DNA of 64,000 bases, from NCBI GenBank assembly GCA_965205445.1, contig CBDBHC010000001.1, forward strand, positions 749,368 to 813,367. Direction: 5' to 3'. Origin of the DNA: Bryobacterales bacterium (GTDB taxonomy: Bacteria > Acidobacteriota > Terriglobia > Bryobacterales > UBA6623). Positions 30,638-41,300 of the stretch are shown here, piece after piece. Both the position numbers and the translations under genes were made by a program. The notes beneath the pieces are model-generated. The model did not search any database. It was not told the origin of the DNA and worked only from the letters and a program-made list of their open reading frames with translations. How positions within the stretch are numbered: the first letter of the stretch is position 1; every line of letters begins with the position of its first letter.

Positions 30638-31915
30638 TCAGCCGCCGAAGTACGAGGAGCCGCCAGTCAGGTGGCGACGGCAGACCTCCTCGTTCAATTC
30701 GATGCCGAGGCCCGGCTTGTCCGTAAGTTCGTAGTAGCCGTCGCGATAGAACGGCCCGTCCCGCTCGATCAGGTCGTCCCAGTGCTCGAGCTCGACGGAA
30801 TCCGATTCGAGCGCCACGAAGGATCGGATCGCCGCGCATGCGTGCGCGTTGGCGACGGTGCCGACGGGAGTGCACATGTTGTGGCAGGCGAACGTGATGT
30901 AGTACTGATCGGCCCAATCGGCGATTCGCTTCGTTTCCAGCAGGCCCCCGGCCTTCTGCGGGTCGGGTTGCAGGATGTCAGCGGCCTGCTTCTCGATGAA
31001 CGGGCGGAACGTCTGGCGCGTGTACAGGTTCTCGCCGGTGCAGGTAGGCACGGCGCATTCGGAAGTGAAGCGCGCCATTGCATCCGCGTTCTGCGGGGGG
31101 ATGGGATCCTCGATGAACCACAGCCCGAGGTCCTCGACCATCCGGCTGAACGAGAGGGCGTCCGCGTAGTTGTAGTTGAAGTGCAGGTCGATGCCGAGCG
31201 GGTAGTGCTCGCCCAAACGCTCTCGCACCGCCACCAGAATGGCGCGCCACTGTTTCATTTCCAGCGAGGAGATGCCGCGGTTCCAGATCTCGCCACGATA
31301 GCGGAACGGCTCGCCGCGAATTGCTCTCCCGCGGCTTTCCCAGTCCATGTCGAATTTCGTGGCGAGGAAGCCGTACTCCAGTGATTTCTCGGCCTCGGCA
31401 ACCCATGCTGCCGGGTCGGGAGTCTGCGGCGATCCCGTGTCGTGATAGATCAGCACCTTGTCACGGAATCGGCCACCCAGCAGGACATAGACCGGGACAT
31501 CCAGGATCTTCCCTGCCAGATCCCACAGTGCGATCTCGAGGCCGCTGATTGCACTTGGCAGGGACCCCGTCCAGGAGCCGTGCCCCAGCTGAGCTTCGGC
31601 CATCTTGGTCGCGAGGTAGTCCACCTGGAGCGGATCTTCTCCCGCGAGGATCTCCTCGAACGAGCGCACGTGGCTAAGGATTCCGTCCCGGTTGTAGGAC
31701 TCGCCGATGCCGTAGAGTCCTGAATCCGTTTCGACGCGCACTAGGTGGGCCGGGTACTTGATATGCACCGAAGCCGTCTTGATGCCGGTGATCCGGACCT
31801 TCCCTAACAGGCTCTCGGCTGCGGGAAGCGCTCGTAGCACCTGCGGCACGGATGGCGCCAGCGAGGTGGCCCCGCTAAGGAGACCCGCTTGGAGGAACTG
31901 GCGACGACCGAGCAT
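30638..31915 (-). CDS. Enolase-superfamily enzyme (mandelate racemase/muconate lactonizing, sugar-acid dehydratase-like) with Tat signal
   Basis: ATG at 31915 gives MLGRRQFLQAGLLSGATSLAPS. The body has an MR/MLE-like pattern (GLYGIGES, EIALWDLAGK, FIEDPIPP). Confidence 0.85.
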   Translation of the reverse strand: MLGRRQFLQAGLLSGATSLAPSVPQVLRALPAAESLLGKVRITGIKTASVHIKYPAHLVRVETDSGLYGIGESYNRDGILSHVRSFEEILAGEDPLQVDYLATKMAEAQLGHGSWTGSLPSAISGLEIALWDLAGKILDVPVYVLLGGRFRDKVLIYHDTGSPQTPDPAAWVAEAEKSLEYGFLATKFDMDWESRGRAIRGEPFRYRGEIWNRGISSLEMKQWRAILVAVRERLGEHYPLGIDLHFNYNYADALSFSRMVEDLGLWFIEDPIPPQNADAMARFTSECAVPTCTGENLYTRQTFRPFIEKQAADILQPDPQKAGGLLETKRIADWADQYYITFACHNMCTPVGTVANAHACAAIRSFVALESDSVELEHWDDLIERDGPFYRDGYYELTDKPGLGIELNEEVCRRHLTGGSSYFGG

Positions 31916-31964
31916 GCCAGCATCATATCCGACCCGCCTGGTCACGCCCCCCTGGCTGGGCCCG

Positions 31965-32417
31965 TCAAAGGGTCTCAAGGACGTTGGCGACGTGGCCGCG
32001 CACCCTGACGTTGTCGAAGACGGCCTGAATTGTGCCTTCTTCGTCGATTACGAACGTAGAGCGGACGACACCCATGTAACGCTTGCCGTAAAGGCTCTTC
32101 TCCCGCCAAGCGCCGTACGACTCCGTGATCGCGTGGTCAGGATCGCTCACCAGATCGAACGGCAGGTCGTGCCTCGCCTTGAAGCGGTCGTGCGCCTTGA
32201 CGCTGTCCGGACTCACTCCCAGGATCACCGCGTTCCTTGCCTCGAATTCGGACCGTGCGTCGCGGAAAGCGCACGCCTCCGCCGTGCACCCTGACGTGCC
32301 GTCCTTCGGGTAGAAATACAGCACCACCTTCTTCCCTCGAAAGTCCGAAAGGCGGACCGAGCCGCCTCCGTCGGTCCCGGCCTCGAAATCTGGTGCGAGA
32401 TCGCCCGCGCTCGCCAT
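31965..32417 (-). CDS. bcp: Thioredoxin-dependent thiol peroxidase (peroxiredoxin Bcp)
   Basis: FRGKKVVLYFYPKDGTSGCTAEACAFRD. 150 aa. Confidence 0.9.
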   Translation of the reverse strand: MASAGDLAPDFEAGTDGGGSVRLSDFRGKKVVLYFYPKDGTSGCTAEACAFRDARSEFEARNAVILGVSPDSVKAHDRFKARHDLPFDLVSDPDHAITESYGAWREKSLYGKRYMGVVRSTFVIDEEGTIQAVFDNVRVRGHVANVLETL

Positions 32418-32472
32418 GGGCAGGGTCCCAGCCTACCAGACGGTCGCGCGCGCGACGGAGCGCTATAATCCC

Positions 32473-33450
32473 ATGCGCGTCGACAGGCGCGACGCGACCG
32501 TGCTTCCTCTTGCGTTGGTCTTCGGATTGCTGCTCTCCGGCTGCGCGCCGCCGTCCGAGCAGCCCAAGTCGCCCCCGGAGGCTCCGCTGGAAATCAGGGA
32601 GGAGGCGGGCGGCTTTGCGATCCGGGAAGGCGGGAATCCGGTTCTGTTCTATCAGCTCGAGCCGAAGTCGATGGACGGTCGGTACGAGCGATCAAACTAC
32701 ATCCACCCGCTCTACGGGTTGGACGGCGAGGTGCTCACGGAGGACTTCCCGGAGGACCACCGCCACCACAGGGGCGTGTACTGGACGTGGCACCAAGTGT
32801 TCGTGGGCGATCTGCGAGCGGGCGATCCGTGGCTCGCGCGAGCCTTTTCCTGGGAGCTTGAGGAGGCCCGGGCACTGCCGAGCGGCAACGGGCTGTTCTT
32901 GAGGCATCGCTGGCACTCCCCAGACTTCGGTGCCGGGAAGGAGCCGATCTTGGAAGAGACGGCCGAAGTGGTCGTCCACCCCTCGGACGGCAATGCCCGC
33001 CTGCTCGATTTCGACATCCGTCTCGTGCCGCTGCAGGACGGCGTGCGGCTGGGAGGGTCGGAAGACGACAAGGGATACGGGGGGTTCTCGGTTCGCGTCG
33101 CGATGATCGAGGGCCTGGATTTCGTTTCCTCCGGCGGACCGGTCGAGCCGCGACGACAGGCGCTTGATGCCGGAGACTGGGTGGATTTCTCGGCGGACTT
33201 CGCCGCCAACGGCAGGCCGAGCGGTGTCGCCGTGATCGTCCATCCGACCACGGCTGGCTACCCCCAGCCGTGGATCCTGCGCTCGCCGGCCACTCCCAGC
33301 ATGCAGAACCCGGTATGGCCGGGACCCCGTCCCGTGAGTCTTCCGCGCGGGGAAGAGACCCGGCTCCGCTACCGGATTGTGGTACACCGGGGCCGTGCGT
33401 CGGCAGTCGACCTCGATGCTCTGGCCGCCGACTTTGCCGCCGCGCCGTAG
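32473..33450 (+). CDS. PmoA-family/DUF6807-like lipoprotein
   Basis: ATG at 32473 gives MRVDRRDATVLPLALVFGLLLSGC (lipobox). YIHPLYGLDGEVLTEDFPEDHRHHRGVYWTWHQV resembles the PF14100 core. Confidence 0.6.
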   Translation: MRVDRRDATVLPLALVFGLLLSGCAPPSEQPKSPPEAPLEIREEAGGFAIREGGNPVLFYQLEPKSMDGRYERSNYIHPLYGLDGEVLTEDFPEDHRHHRGVYWTWHQVFVGDLRAGDPWLARAFSWELEEARALPSGNGLFLRHRWHSPDFGAGKEPILEETAEVVVHPSDGNARLLDFDIRLVPLQDGVRLGGSEDDKGYGGFSVRVAMIEGLDFVSSGGPVEPRRQALDAGDWVDFSADFAANGRPSGVAVIVHPTTAGYPQPWILRSPATPSMQNPVWPGPRPVSLPRGEETRLRYRIVVHRGRASAVDLDALAADFAAAP

Positions 33451-33473
33451 CGTCCGGGCTCGTACCGCGCGGC

Positions 33474-34769
33474 TCAGGCTTGTACGATTCCGTCCGCCGC
33501 CGTCCAGACGACTCGTCCGGACACGATCGTTACGGTCGGACCACCGCGGAACGCCTCGCCGTCGAAGGGCGAGTTCCTGCTCTTCGACAGCGTGTTGTTC
33601 ACGTCGAAGATCCATTCCCTCTCGGTGGAAAAGATCGTCACGTCCGCCGCGCCTCCAGGCCGCAGCCGACCTCGGCCCAGCCCCAAGCAGTCACTCGCGG
33701 CGCTTGTGAACATTCCCACGAGCCGGCTGAGGTCGACGACTCCGTTGTGGTACAGATCCCTCAGCGACAGGCCCAGGGCGGTTTCGAGGCCGGTGACGCC
33801 GAATGGGCAGCGTTCGAACTCCTGCATCTTGATATGCCCGGTGTGAGGCGCGTGATCCGTCGCGATGCAGTCGATCGTGCCGTCCGCAAGGCCTTCGATG
33901 GCAGCCTCGACATCGCGCTCAGTTCGTAGCGGCGGCTTCATCTTGTAGTTGGAGTCGTATCCGGGGATCTTCTCGTCCGTCAGGGCGAAGTGATGCGGAG
34001 TGACCTCCGAGGTCACCGGGATGCCAAGGGACTTCGCGTGCCGGACCATCGCGATCGAGTTCGCCGTGGAGATGTGGGCGATATGAATGCGCGCCCCCGT
34101 GTCCGCTGCCAGGATGATGTCCCGCGCCACCATGACCTCCTCGGAGCAGCCCGGGATCCCTCCAAGGCCCAGACGCATGCTCTCGAATCCTTCGTGGATG
34201 TCACCCCCGGAACTCAGGTCCAGGTCCTCGCAATGGTCGATGACCGTGATCCCGAACGAAGCGGCATACTTCATGGCCCGTCGCATCAGCCCGGAATTCA
34301 TGACCGGAATCCCGTCGTCGCTGATGGCCACGGCCCCCTCCGCATGCATCGCGCCGATGTCAGCCAGTCTTTCCCCCTTGCTGCCCTTGGAGATCGCGCC
34401 GATGGGATGGATGTGCACGGCCGCTGTCTGGCGGGCACGCTCGACGATGAAGCTCGTGATCTGCGCCGAGTCGTTCACTGGCAGGGTGTTCGGCATGCAG
34501 CAGACTGCTGCAAATCCCCCGGCCGCGGCGGCGCGGGAGCCGCTGGCGATGGTTTCGGCATGCTCGATGCCCGGCTCGCGCAGATGCACGTGAATGTCCA
34601 CGAATCCGGGCGCCACAACCTGCCCGTCCGCCTCCAGCACCTCCGCGTCGGGGCATTCGATGCGGTGCTCGATGGCCTCGATCTTCGGGCCGTCAATCAG
34701 CACGTCGCGCTTGCCGTCCAGGCCGCTGTCGGGGTCGACCACTCGTCCGTTTCGGATCAACAGGCGCAT
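33474..34769 (-). CDS. pyrC: Dihydroorotase
   Basis: MRLLIRNGRVVDP...GFVDIHVHLREPG...DHAPH. 431 aa, immediately downstream of pyrB. Confidence 0.9.
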   Translation of the reverse strand: MRLLIRNGRVVDPDSGLDGKRDVLIDGPKIEAIEHRIECPDAEVLEADGQVVAPGFVDIHVHLREPGIEHAETIASGSRAAAAGGFAAVCCMPNTLPVNDSAQITSFIVERARQTAAVHIHPIGAISKGSKGERLADIGAMHAEGAVAISDDGIPVMNSGLMRRAMKYAASFGITVIDHCEDLDLSSGGDIHEGFESMRLGLGGIPGCSEEVMVARDIILAADTGARIHIAHISTANSIAMVRHAKSLGIPVTSEVTPHHFALTDEKIPGYDSNYKMKPPLRTERDVEAAIEGLADGTIDCIATDHAPHTGHIKMQEFERCPFGVTGLETALGLSLRDLYHNGVVDLSRLVGMFTSAASDCLGLGRGRLRPGGAADVTIFSTEREWIFDVNNTLSKSRNSPFDGEAFRGGPTVTIVSGRVVWTAADGIVQA

Positions 34770-34782
34770 CGGATCTTCCGCC

Positions 34783-35706
34783 TTACTCCGCGCACACCCA
34801 TTCCAGGACGGCCATCCGGATAGCGACGCCGTTCTCCACCTGGCTCAGGATCATGGAACGCTGCGAGTCGGCGACTTCGCCGGAGATCTCCCTGCCGCGG
34901 TTGATCGGCCCCGGGTGCAGCACGATCGCGTCAGGCTTGGCAAGGCTGACATGCTCTAGGGTGAGCCCGTAGTACCTGAAATACTCGGCCTTCGGGAACA
35001 CTTCGACGTTCTGGCGCTCCAGCTGCACCCGAAGCATCATGATCACGTCGGCATCCCGGACCGCCTCTCTCATCTCGTACGTCAGGCTAATGCCCGGCGC
35101 GAGCCGGGTCAGGTTCTTCGAGACCGTTGTCGCCGGCCCGCACACCACGATGTCGGCGCCGAGTTTCGATAGCAGGTGGAGGTTCGAGCGAGCCACCCTG
35201 GAATGTGCGATGTCTCCGATGATTGCGACCCGGAGGCCGAGCAGCGAGCCCCTGACCTCAAGGATCGTCAGCGCGTCGAGGAGGGCCTGGGTCGGGTGCT
35301 CGTGCCTCCCGTCGCCGGCGTTGATCATTGCGGTCGACAGGTAGCGCGACAGGAAATGCGGGGCTCCCGAGGCGGCATGCCGCATCACGATGATGTCCGG
35401 GTTCATTGCCGCCAGGGTATTGAGAGTGTCAACAAGGGACTCGCCTTTCGAGAGGCTCGTGCCCAGGGCCGAGATGCCGATCGTGTCGGCCCCGAGGCGC
35501 TTCGCGGCGATTTCGAAACTCGTCCGGGTTCGGGTCGACGGCTCGAAGAAAAGATTGACGATCGAGCGGCCGAGCAGCGTGTTCAGCTTCTTGTTCGGCC
35601 GAATCGACTTGTAGTACCGACCCCGTTCGAGCAGGCCCTCGATTTCGGATCGCCGCAGGTCCTCGATGCCGAGCAGGTTGCGGGGGTTCGGGCCTTTGGA
35701 ATGCAA
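34783..35706 (-). CDS. pyrB: Aspartate carbamoyltransferase catalytic subunit
   Basis: FFEPSTRTRTSFE, HPTQALLD and HPGPINRG. ORF 34783..36015, with the start moved to the in-frame TTG at 35706 (MHSKGPNPRNLLGIEDL), because the upstream part is R/S-rich and overlaps the dacB end. Confidence 0.88.
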   Translation of the reverse strand: MHSKGPNPRNLLGIEDLRRSEIEGLLERGRYYKSIRPNKKLNTLLGRSIVNLFFEPSTRTRTSFEIAAKRLGADTIGISALGTSLSKGESLVDTLNTLAAMNPDIIVMRHAASGAPHFLSRYLSTAMINAGDGRHEHPTQALLDALTILEVRGSLLGLRVAIIGDIAHSRVARSNLHLLSKLGADIVVCGPATTVSKNLTRLAPGISLTYEMREAVRDADVIMMLRVQLERQNVEVFPKAEYFRYYGLTLEHVSLAKPDAIVLHPGPINRGREISGEVADSQRSMILSQVENGVAIRMAVLEWVCAE

Positions 35707-35785
35707 AGCCGGCGCGAGCCTTTCTAGCCACCAATCATAGCGAGTTGGTGGTGGTGCTCTGCTTCGCCGGCGCTCGCGCTTGGTC

Positions 35786-37318
35786 TCAGCTCGCTCCGTG
35801 CCGGACGAGCGCCGACGCGATCGAATCGACGAGATGCCGCGTCGAGGAAGACGCAAGACCGAAGTTGTTGGCGAAGATCGCGAACGCCAGCGTCCTCCCG
35901 CCTCCCGTGCGAGCGTAGCCGGACAGCGCGAGCACGTGAGACATCGAGCCGGTTTTCGCGTGGATCTGTCCTCGTGCTGCGGTTCGCCTGAAACGCCAGT
36001 CCAGGGTGCCGTCAAGGCCTGCCACGGGAAGGCTATCCACGAACGCCGCCCGGTCGGCGGTTTCCCACATGTATTCGAGCAGTCGGACCGTTGCCGAAGG
36101 GGCTACGAGGTTGTGACGCGACAGGCCCGAGCCGTCTCGCAGGAAGAACGCGCCGGACCCGATCCCGGCGTCCGCCAGGAATCGGCGCATGCTCGCCACC
36201 GCAGCTTCGCGGCTGCCGATCCCGGCCTCCTGGAGAGCAACTTCGCGCATCAGCATCTCCGCATGCAGGTTCTGGCTCTCCTTGTTGACCACACGGATCG
36301 CCTCCCGGAGGCCCGAGGACGGCGACTCGGCGATTGTCGTGGAACTGCGGGATCGCCTGCTGGGGGGTGGGGACCGCAGGCTGATCAGGCCGTCGGGCAG
36401 CAAGTGGTGAGCGCGCGCCCGCCCGTCGATCTGGATGCCAGCCTCCTCCAGCGCCTTGCGCAGCGCTACGGCCGCGTAGTGGGCCGGATCGTCAGCGGCG
36501 AAGAGGAATCTCCTCCCCCGTGATCGGGACGGGATCTGGCCCGCGAGAATCACCTCCCCGTTCCCTGTCCCCCGTCGCGCCTGGAGCCCCCGGGCCACGT
36601 GCCGGCCGGCCAGTGTCAGGGTGCGGTTCGCCAGCTCGTAGAATCCGAGATCGGGGACCACGCGCAGACGTGCCGGCCCGCCCGTCGCACCGGGTCTGAC
36701 AAGAACTTGGATCAGGTTGTCGTTGAAGACAAGAGCGCTCGTGGGACTGCCGTATCCTTGGAGCGTGTCGGCATGCGACCAGCCTCTCGGATAGGGCTGC
36801 CAGACGTACCGTGAGTCGTCTCCGATGACATCGCCCGCGATCCTGCGGATTCCTGACTCCACCACACGCCGGGCGAGTTGCCGGAGAGGCGCGAGCCGGT
36901 CGGCGCCGTAATCCTCCTTCTTCCGGAACGGAAGCAGGCGCGAGGAGAGGTTGGGATCCCCTCCTCCGACCAGCCGAAGATCGCCTTCCAGAATGCCGTT
37001 TTCGTCGACTGTCCCGTCGATGGCCAGCACCGTGGCGAATCGGTAGTCGGCGCCGAGACGCCTGAGAGCCAAGGCGGTGGAGAACAGTTTCACGTTCGAC
37101 GCCGGAATGAACAGCCTGTCCTTGTTCCGTTCGTAAACGGTTTCGCCGGTTTCGAGATCGTGGACGAGCACGCCCCACAGTGCTCGCCGTGCCGCGGGGC
37201 GCGCGAGGAGCTCGTCAATCAGCCCGGCAACGTCGAGCTGCGGAGGCGCTACCTGCCCAGGGACGCCAAGTGCCGCCCCTGCTATGAGGGCGAGGACTAG
37301 GGATCGAAGCGCGGCCAT
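35786..37318 (-). CDS. dacB: D-alanyl-D-alanine carboxypeptidase/endopeptidase (PBP4, peptidase S13)
   Basis: ATG at 37318 gives MAALRSLVLALIAGAALG (signal). The SxxK motif is PASNVKLFST, with KTG later (HAKTGSM). Confidence 0.85.
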   Translation of the reverse strand: MAALRSLVLALIAGAALGVPGQVAPPQLDVAGLIDELLARPAARRALWGVLVHDLETGETVYERNKDRLFIPASNVKLFSTALALRRLGADYRFATVLAIDGTVDENGILEGDLRLVGGGDPNLSSRLLPFRKKEDYGADRLAPLRQLARRVVESGIRRIAGDVIGDDSRYVWQPYPRGWSHADTLQGYGSPTSALVFNDNLIQVLVRPGATGGPARLRVVPDLGFYELANRTLTLAGRHVARGLQARRGTGNGEVILAGQIPSRSRGRRFLFAADDPAHYAAVALRKALEEAGIQIDGRARAHHLLPDGLISLRSPPPSRRSRSSTTIAESPSSGLREAIRVVNKESQNLHAEMLMREVALQEAGIGSREAAVASMRRFLADAGIGSGAFFLRDGSGLSRHNLVAPSATVRLLEYMWETADRAAFVDSLPVAGLDGTLDWRFRRTAARGQIHAKTGSMSHVLALSGYARTGGGRTLAFAIFANNFGLASSSTRHLVDSIASALVRHGAS

Positions 37319-37325
37319 GCGGGTT

Positions 37326-38297
37326 TCAGGCGAGGGCTCGCGCCGCGTCCTTCGCGAAATACGTGAGGATGAAGTCCGCGCCCGCGCGCTTGATACAGAG
37401 AAGGCTCTCCAGCATGGAACGCTCGCCGTCCAGCCATCCGTTCTGTGCCGCTGCACGGAGCATTGCGTATTCGCCGCTGACCTGGTATGCGGCCGTCGGC
37501 ACGTCGAGGTCCTGCTTCGCGTGGAAGAGGACGTCTAGGTACGGCATTGCCGGCTTGACCATGATCATGTCGGCGCCTTCCTCCAAGTCCCCCCGGATCT
37601 CCTTCATCGCCTCGCGGTGGTTGGCGGGGTCCATCTGATAACTCCTCCGGTCGCCGAATCGGGGCGTCGATTGCGCAGCGTCGCGGAACGGTCCGTAGAA
37701 CGATGAGGCGTACTTGGCGGCGTACGCAAGAATCGGGACGCGTTCCAGGCCTGCATCATCGAGTGCCGACCGGATCGCTCCGACGCGTCCGTCCATCATG
37801 TCGGACGGGGCGATGATGTCGGCCCCCGCCTGCGCCTGCGACAGCGCGGTCCTTTGCAAGAGCTCCAGGGTCGCGTCATTGTCTACGTCTCCGTCCTTGA
37901 TCACGCCGCAATGACCGTGATCCGTGTATTCGCAGAGACACGTGTCTGCGATGACCAGCAGTTGGGGCAGCTCGCGCTTGATCGCGCGGATCGCGTCTTG
38001 TACGATTCCCCGCTCGTCATAGCCACCGGTGCCGAGAGCGTCCTTTCTCGGAGGGATGCCGAACACGATGACGCCCGGTATGCCCAGGCTGGAGGCTTCA
38101 CGGCACTCTTCCACGAGGCAATCGACGGAAAGGTTGCAGACGCCGGGCATCGAGTCAACTGGGACCCGGAGACCTTCGCCCGGACAGGCGAAGACCGGAT
38201 AGATGAAGTCGGCAGGCGAAAGGCCGGTTTCCGTCACCAGTGAGCGGAGGTGGTCGGAACTGCGCAGCCTTCTCGGTCGGTGAGCGGGGAAGGCCAC
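37326..38297 (-). CDS. hemB: Porphobilinogen synthase (delta-aminolevulinate dehydratase)
   Basis: [16 protein letters not shown] and YQVSGEY. GTG start. 323 aa. Confidence 0.95.
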   Translation of the reverse strand: MAFPAHRPRRLRSSDHLRSLVTETGLSPADFIYPVFACPGEGLRVPVDSMPGVCNLSVDCLVEECREASSLGIPGVIVFGIPPRKDALGTGGYDERGIVQDAIRAIKRELPQLLVIADTCLCEYTDHGHCGVIKDGDVDNDATLELLQRTALSQAQAGADIIAPSDMMDGRVGAIRSALDDAGLERVPILAYAAKYASSFYGPFRDAAQSTPRFGDRRSYQMDPANHREAMKEIRGDLEEGADMIMVKPAMPYLDVLFHAKQDLDVPTAAYQVSGEYAMLRAAAQNGWLDGERSMLESLLCIKRAGADFILTYFAKDAARALA

Positions 38298-38361
38298 AGC
38301 ATTAGTGTATCGGCTCCGCCGCTGGCCAGGTGCCGACCCGATCGCGCCGGGCCGCAGCCGG

Positions 38362-41300
38362 CTATTTGCGACGCTTCCAAGCCTCGAAGTTCCAGAGTAC
38401 CGAATCCCACGCGTTCATCCAGACGCCGTCGATGTCATCCGCGTGAGCCGACACGAGAGCGCGGTGGACCAGGGGGATGATCGAATAGCTCTGCACCAGA
38501 ACGTCGTTCAGCGCGATCACGAGTTCGTTGCGCCCATTCGGGTCGGAGGTGTCCTGAAGCTCTGCATGGAGCCGGTCGTATTTGTCGGAATGAAAGCGCT
38601 GCACGTTCTCGCCTAGGAACGAGTTGTGCGCTCCGGGAATTTGCGCGGCGGTCCATTTGCCAAGATAACCTTCTGGATCCAAGCCGGTACTGCTGTCGGT
38701 GTACATCTCGATGTCGGCGTAGAACCGACCGGCTGTATCCGGGCTGCTCGGGTCGTCGCCGAAGAAAACGGATGCATCAATGTGCTTCAATTCCGTGTCT
38801 ACACCGAGCTCGGCCCACCAGGCCTTGATGCGCTGCTGGGCGGCTTGGCGCACGGCGTTCGTCGAAGTCTGGAACAGGACCCTGAGCGGTACGCCGTCGC
38901 GCTCCCTCACGCTGTCGCCGTCGGAGTCGACGATTCCGGCGGCGTCAAGGATCTGATTGGCCAGGGCAAGGTTCTGGACAAGGCACTCATCGTTGCTGGT
39001 CGAGGCCTGCGAGGGTGGGGCCGGCCAGACGTTGCAGGTCGGCCGGCCGGCGAGCTCGCCGTAGCCGGTCCGGACCAACGCATCCCGGTCGATTGCCAGC
39101 GAAAGGGCACGGCCGACGACTGGATCGGTCAGGAAGGGATGCGGGTTCGTGCCGTCCGCGTACTCTGCGCGGAGGGCGCCCAGGCCGGCATCTGGATTGG
39201 TCTGGTTCAGCATGAGGCGCTCGACTCGGGTGCCGAAAGCCGAGACAATGGATCCGGAGCCTCCAGACGAAATCGAGGCGAGGACGTCCGGTTCTACCTG
39301 CAGGTTCCACGCATAATCCGCTTCGTCGAGCTGTAGGACAGATCTCGCTGCGGAGGCCGCGTCACCTCCTCCCTTCAGAACGACCTCGCCAAAGTACGGC
39401 TCGCCGGACTCGACGCCGCGGTAGCGTGGGTTGAACTGGTAGAGAATCGTGCCATCGGTCCGGAAATCCCTCACCACGTACGGACCGGTCCCGATGGGAC
39501 TGAGGTTCTCAGCGGTGCATCCCGCTGCCGCCGCTCCAACGCAATCGGTGAACTGCGAAGCTTGGAGAATGGGACTCGAAAGAGACACGAACGGTGCGTA
39601 TGGAAACGACTCCGGCGTAGCGAAGGTGATGGTGACGGTCCGATCATCAGCCGCGTCGACCGAGGAGACATGCTCGAAGCGTGATCGCTTGCCGCAGCCA
39701 CCATTCGGTGCGGTGCAGTAGCGCCAGGTGAAGGCCACGTCGTGCGCTGTGAGCGGCGTGCCGTCGGACCATACCACTCCGTCGCGGAGAATCCAGGTGA
39801 TTTGCCTGCGGTCCTCCGAAATGCCGCCGTTCTCCATGGTGGGGATTCGCGCGGCCAGGACGGGCACCAGTTCGCCGCTCGGGTTGTACTCGGCTAGGGG
39901 TTCGATCACGAGTGAAGCCGCCTCGGCGTCTTTCGTGCCCCTGGAGAGATATGGGTTGAGGGTGGTCGGTGCCTGCCAGAAGAGCAGGGTTGCGGTGTCG
40001 CCCCGGCCAGCGGCGCCCGGGGCTCCGCCGGTCGACCCCATGCCATCCCTGTCCCCCTCCCCCTCGCCTGGCATCGCCGGCCGCGTGCCGCCGGCCTGGT
40101 AGTACCCGGCACCGACAAGGACGGGAAGGCCTTGGATGACGACTCTCTTAATAAAGGTTGCCTTGCGCCCAGCCATGTCAGTCGATGGATTGCGCGCAGA
40201 GTAATAAAGGAAAGCTTCGCCGAAGGTAGCTCCAACGCTGACGACATCGCGGCCCCCGAACGTCTCGCTGTTCACGGGGTTCAGCTCGGAGGCAGCCGGA
40301 ACCGAGCCATCGTCGCGCGAGCCGCCGCTGAATAACGGGCCGCCGTGCGTGTCCACTCCGAACACGTAGACCGGGCCGCTGGTCCAGCGCGGATCGGAGG
40401 CCAGGGTGACAGTGGCGAAGTAACCTTGCGATTGGAGTTCCACGGCGGCGCAACGCACGAGTTCCTGCAATCTCTCGTCGCTCGGGTCGGCCTCCACCGT
40501 GGCCGCGTTCACTTCGTCGCGCTGGCAGGTGCCAGGCAGGTCCCGCAGATAGATTCCGGTCCCGACAACCGCTCGGTGGCCTTCCCAGTCGACCTCCACG
40601 ACGTACGAGCTCTTCGGTTCGGAGCGGCCGGTGACGAAATTCGTGAAGGCGTAGTGCAGCCACCCTGCATCACCGAACGTCATGACGCGGTGCAGTTCGT
40701 CAAAGTAGTCGGTCCCGAAGTTATCCACGAGGGTCTGCGAGGTTCCTTCCCACTCTGGATTCGGTGGGAACACCGCAATATGCGAGAGCGGAGTCTCTTG
40801 AGGCTGGGCGATCAGGTCAACAAACACATAGTAGGGGCCATGCCGCCAGCGGGCGTCCTCGTGAAACGCCCGGCGAGCCTCCTCCGTGCCGTGCTCGGTC
40901 ACGTACTCCGCCGCGCACCGCACGAACGCCTCAATGTCGCGCCGTGTGCGGATCGCACGAGCCCAGACGGTGTTGTCTTCGCAGCTTGCCTGGGCGACTG
41001 CCGGCTCGGAGGGCAGTTCGTATCCCGCGCCCACGATCAGCGGCACGCCGTGCGCGATGACGCGCTTGAGCAGTCCGATCTTGGACTGGACCGCGCCCGT
41101 CATTGGATTGCGGCCGCGGTAGTAGATCAGCGCCTCGCCGAAAGCGGCGCCGACAGCAGCCATGTCCCGGCCGCCGAACTGGTCCCCGGGTGTGCTCCTG
41201 CCGCCCCATTCATGCAGCGACGTGCCATTGACACGCACTCGATTTCCCGTCAAGACCTGGTTGCCCGCCATGTCCATGACGAATACGTAGGTCGAGCCGT

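Noticed and set aside
32465-32475. TATAAT only 2 nt upstream of the PmoA-family ATG (and TAGCAT 2 nt upstream of the SDR ATG at 9269), as further leaderless examples
   Set aside because: The spacing is too short for a transcript to include the start codon. These were excluded from the leaderless list.
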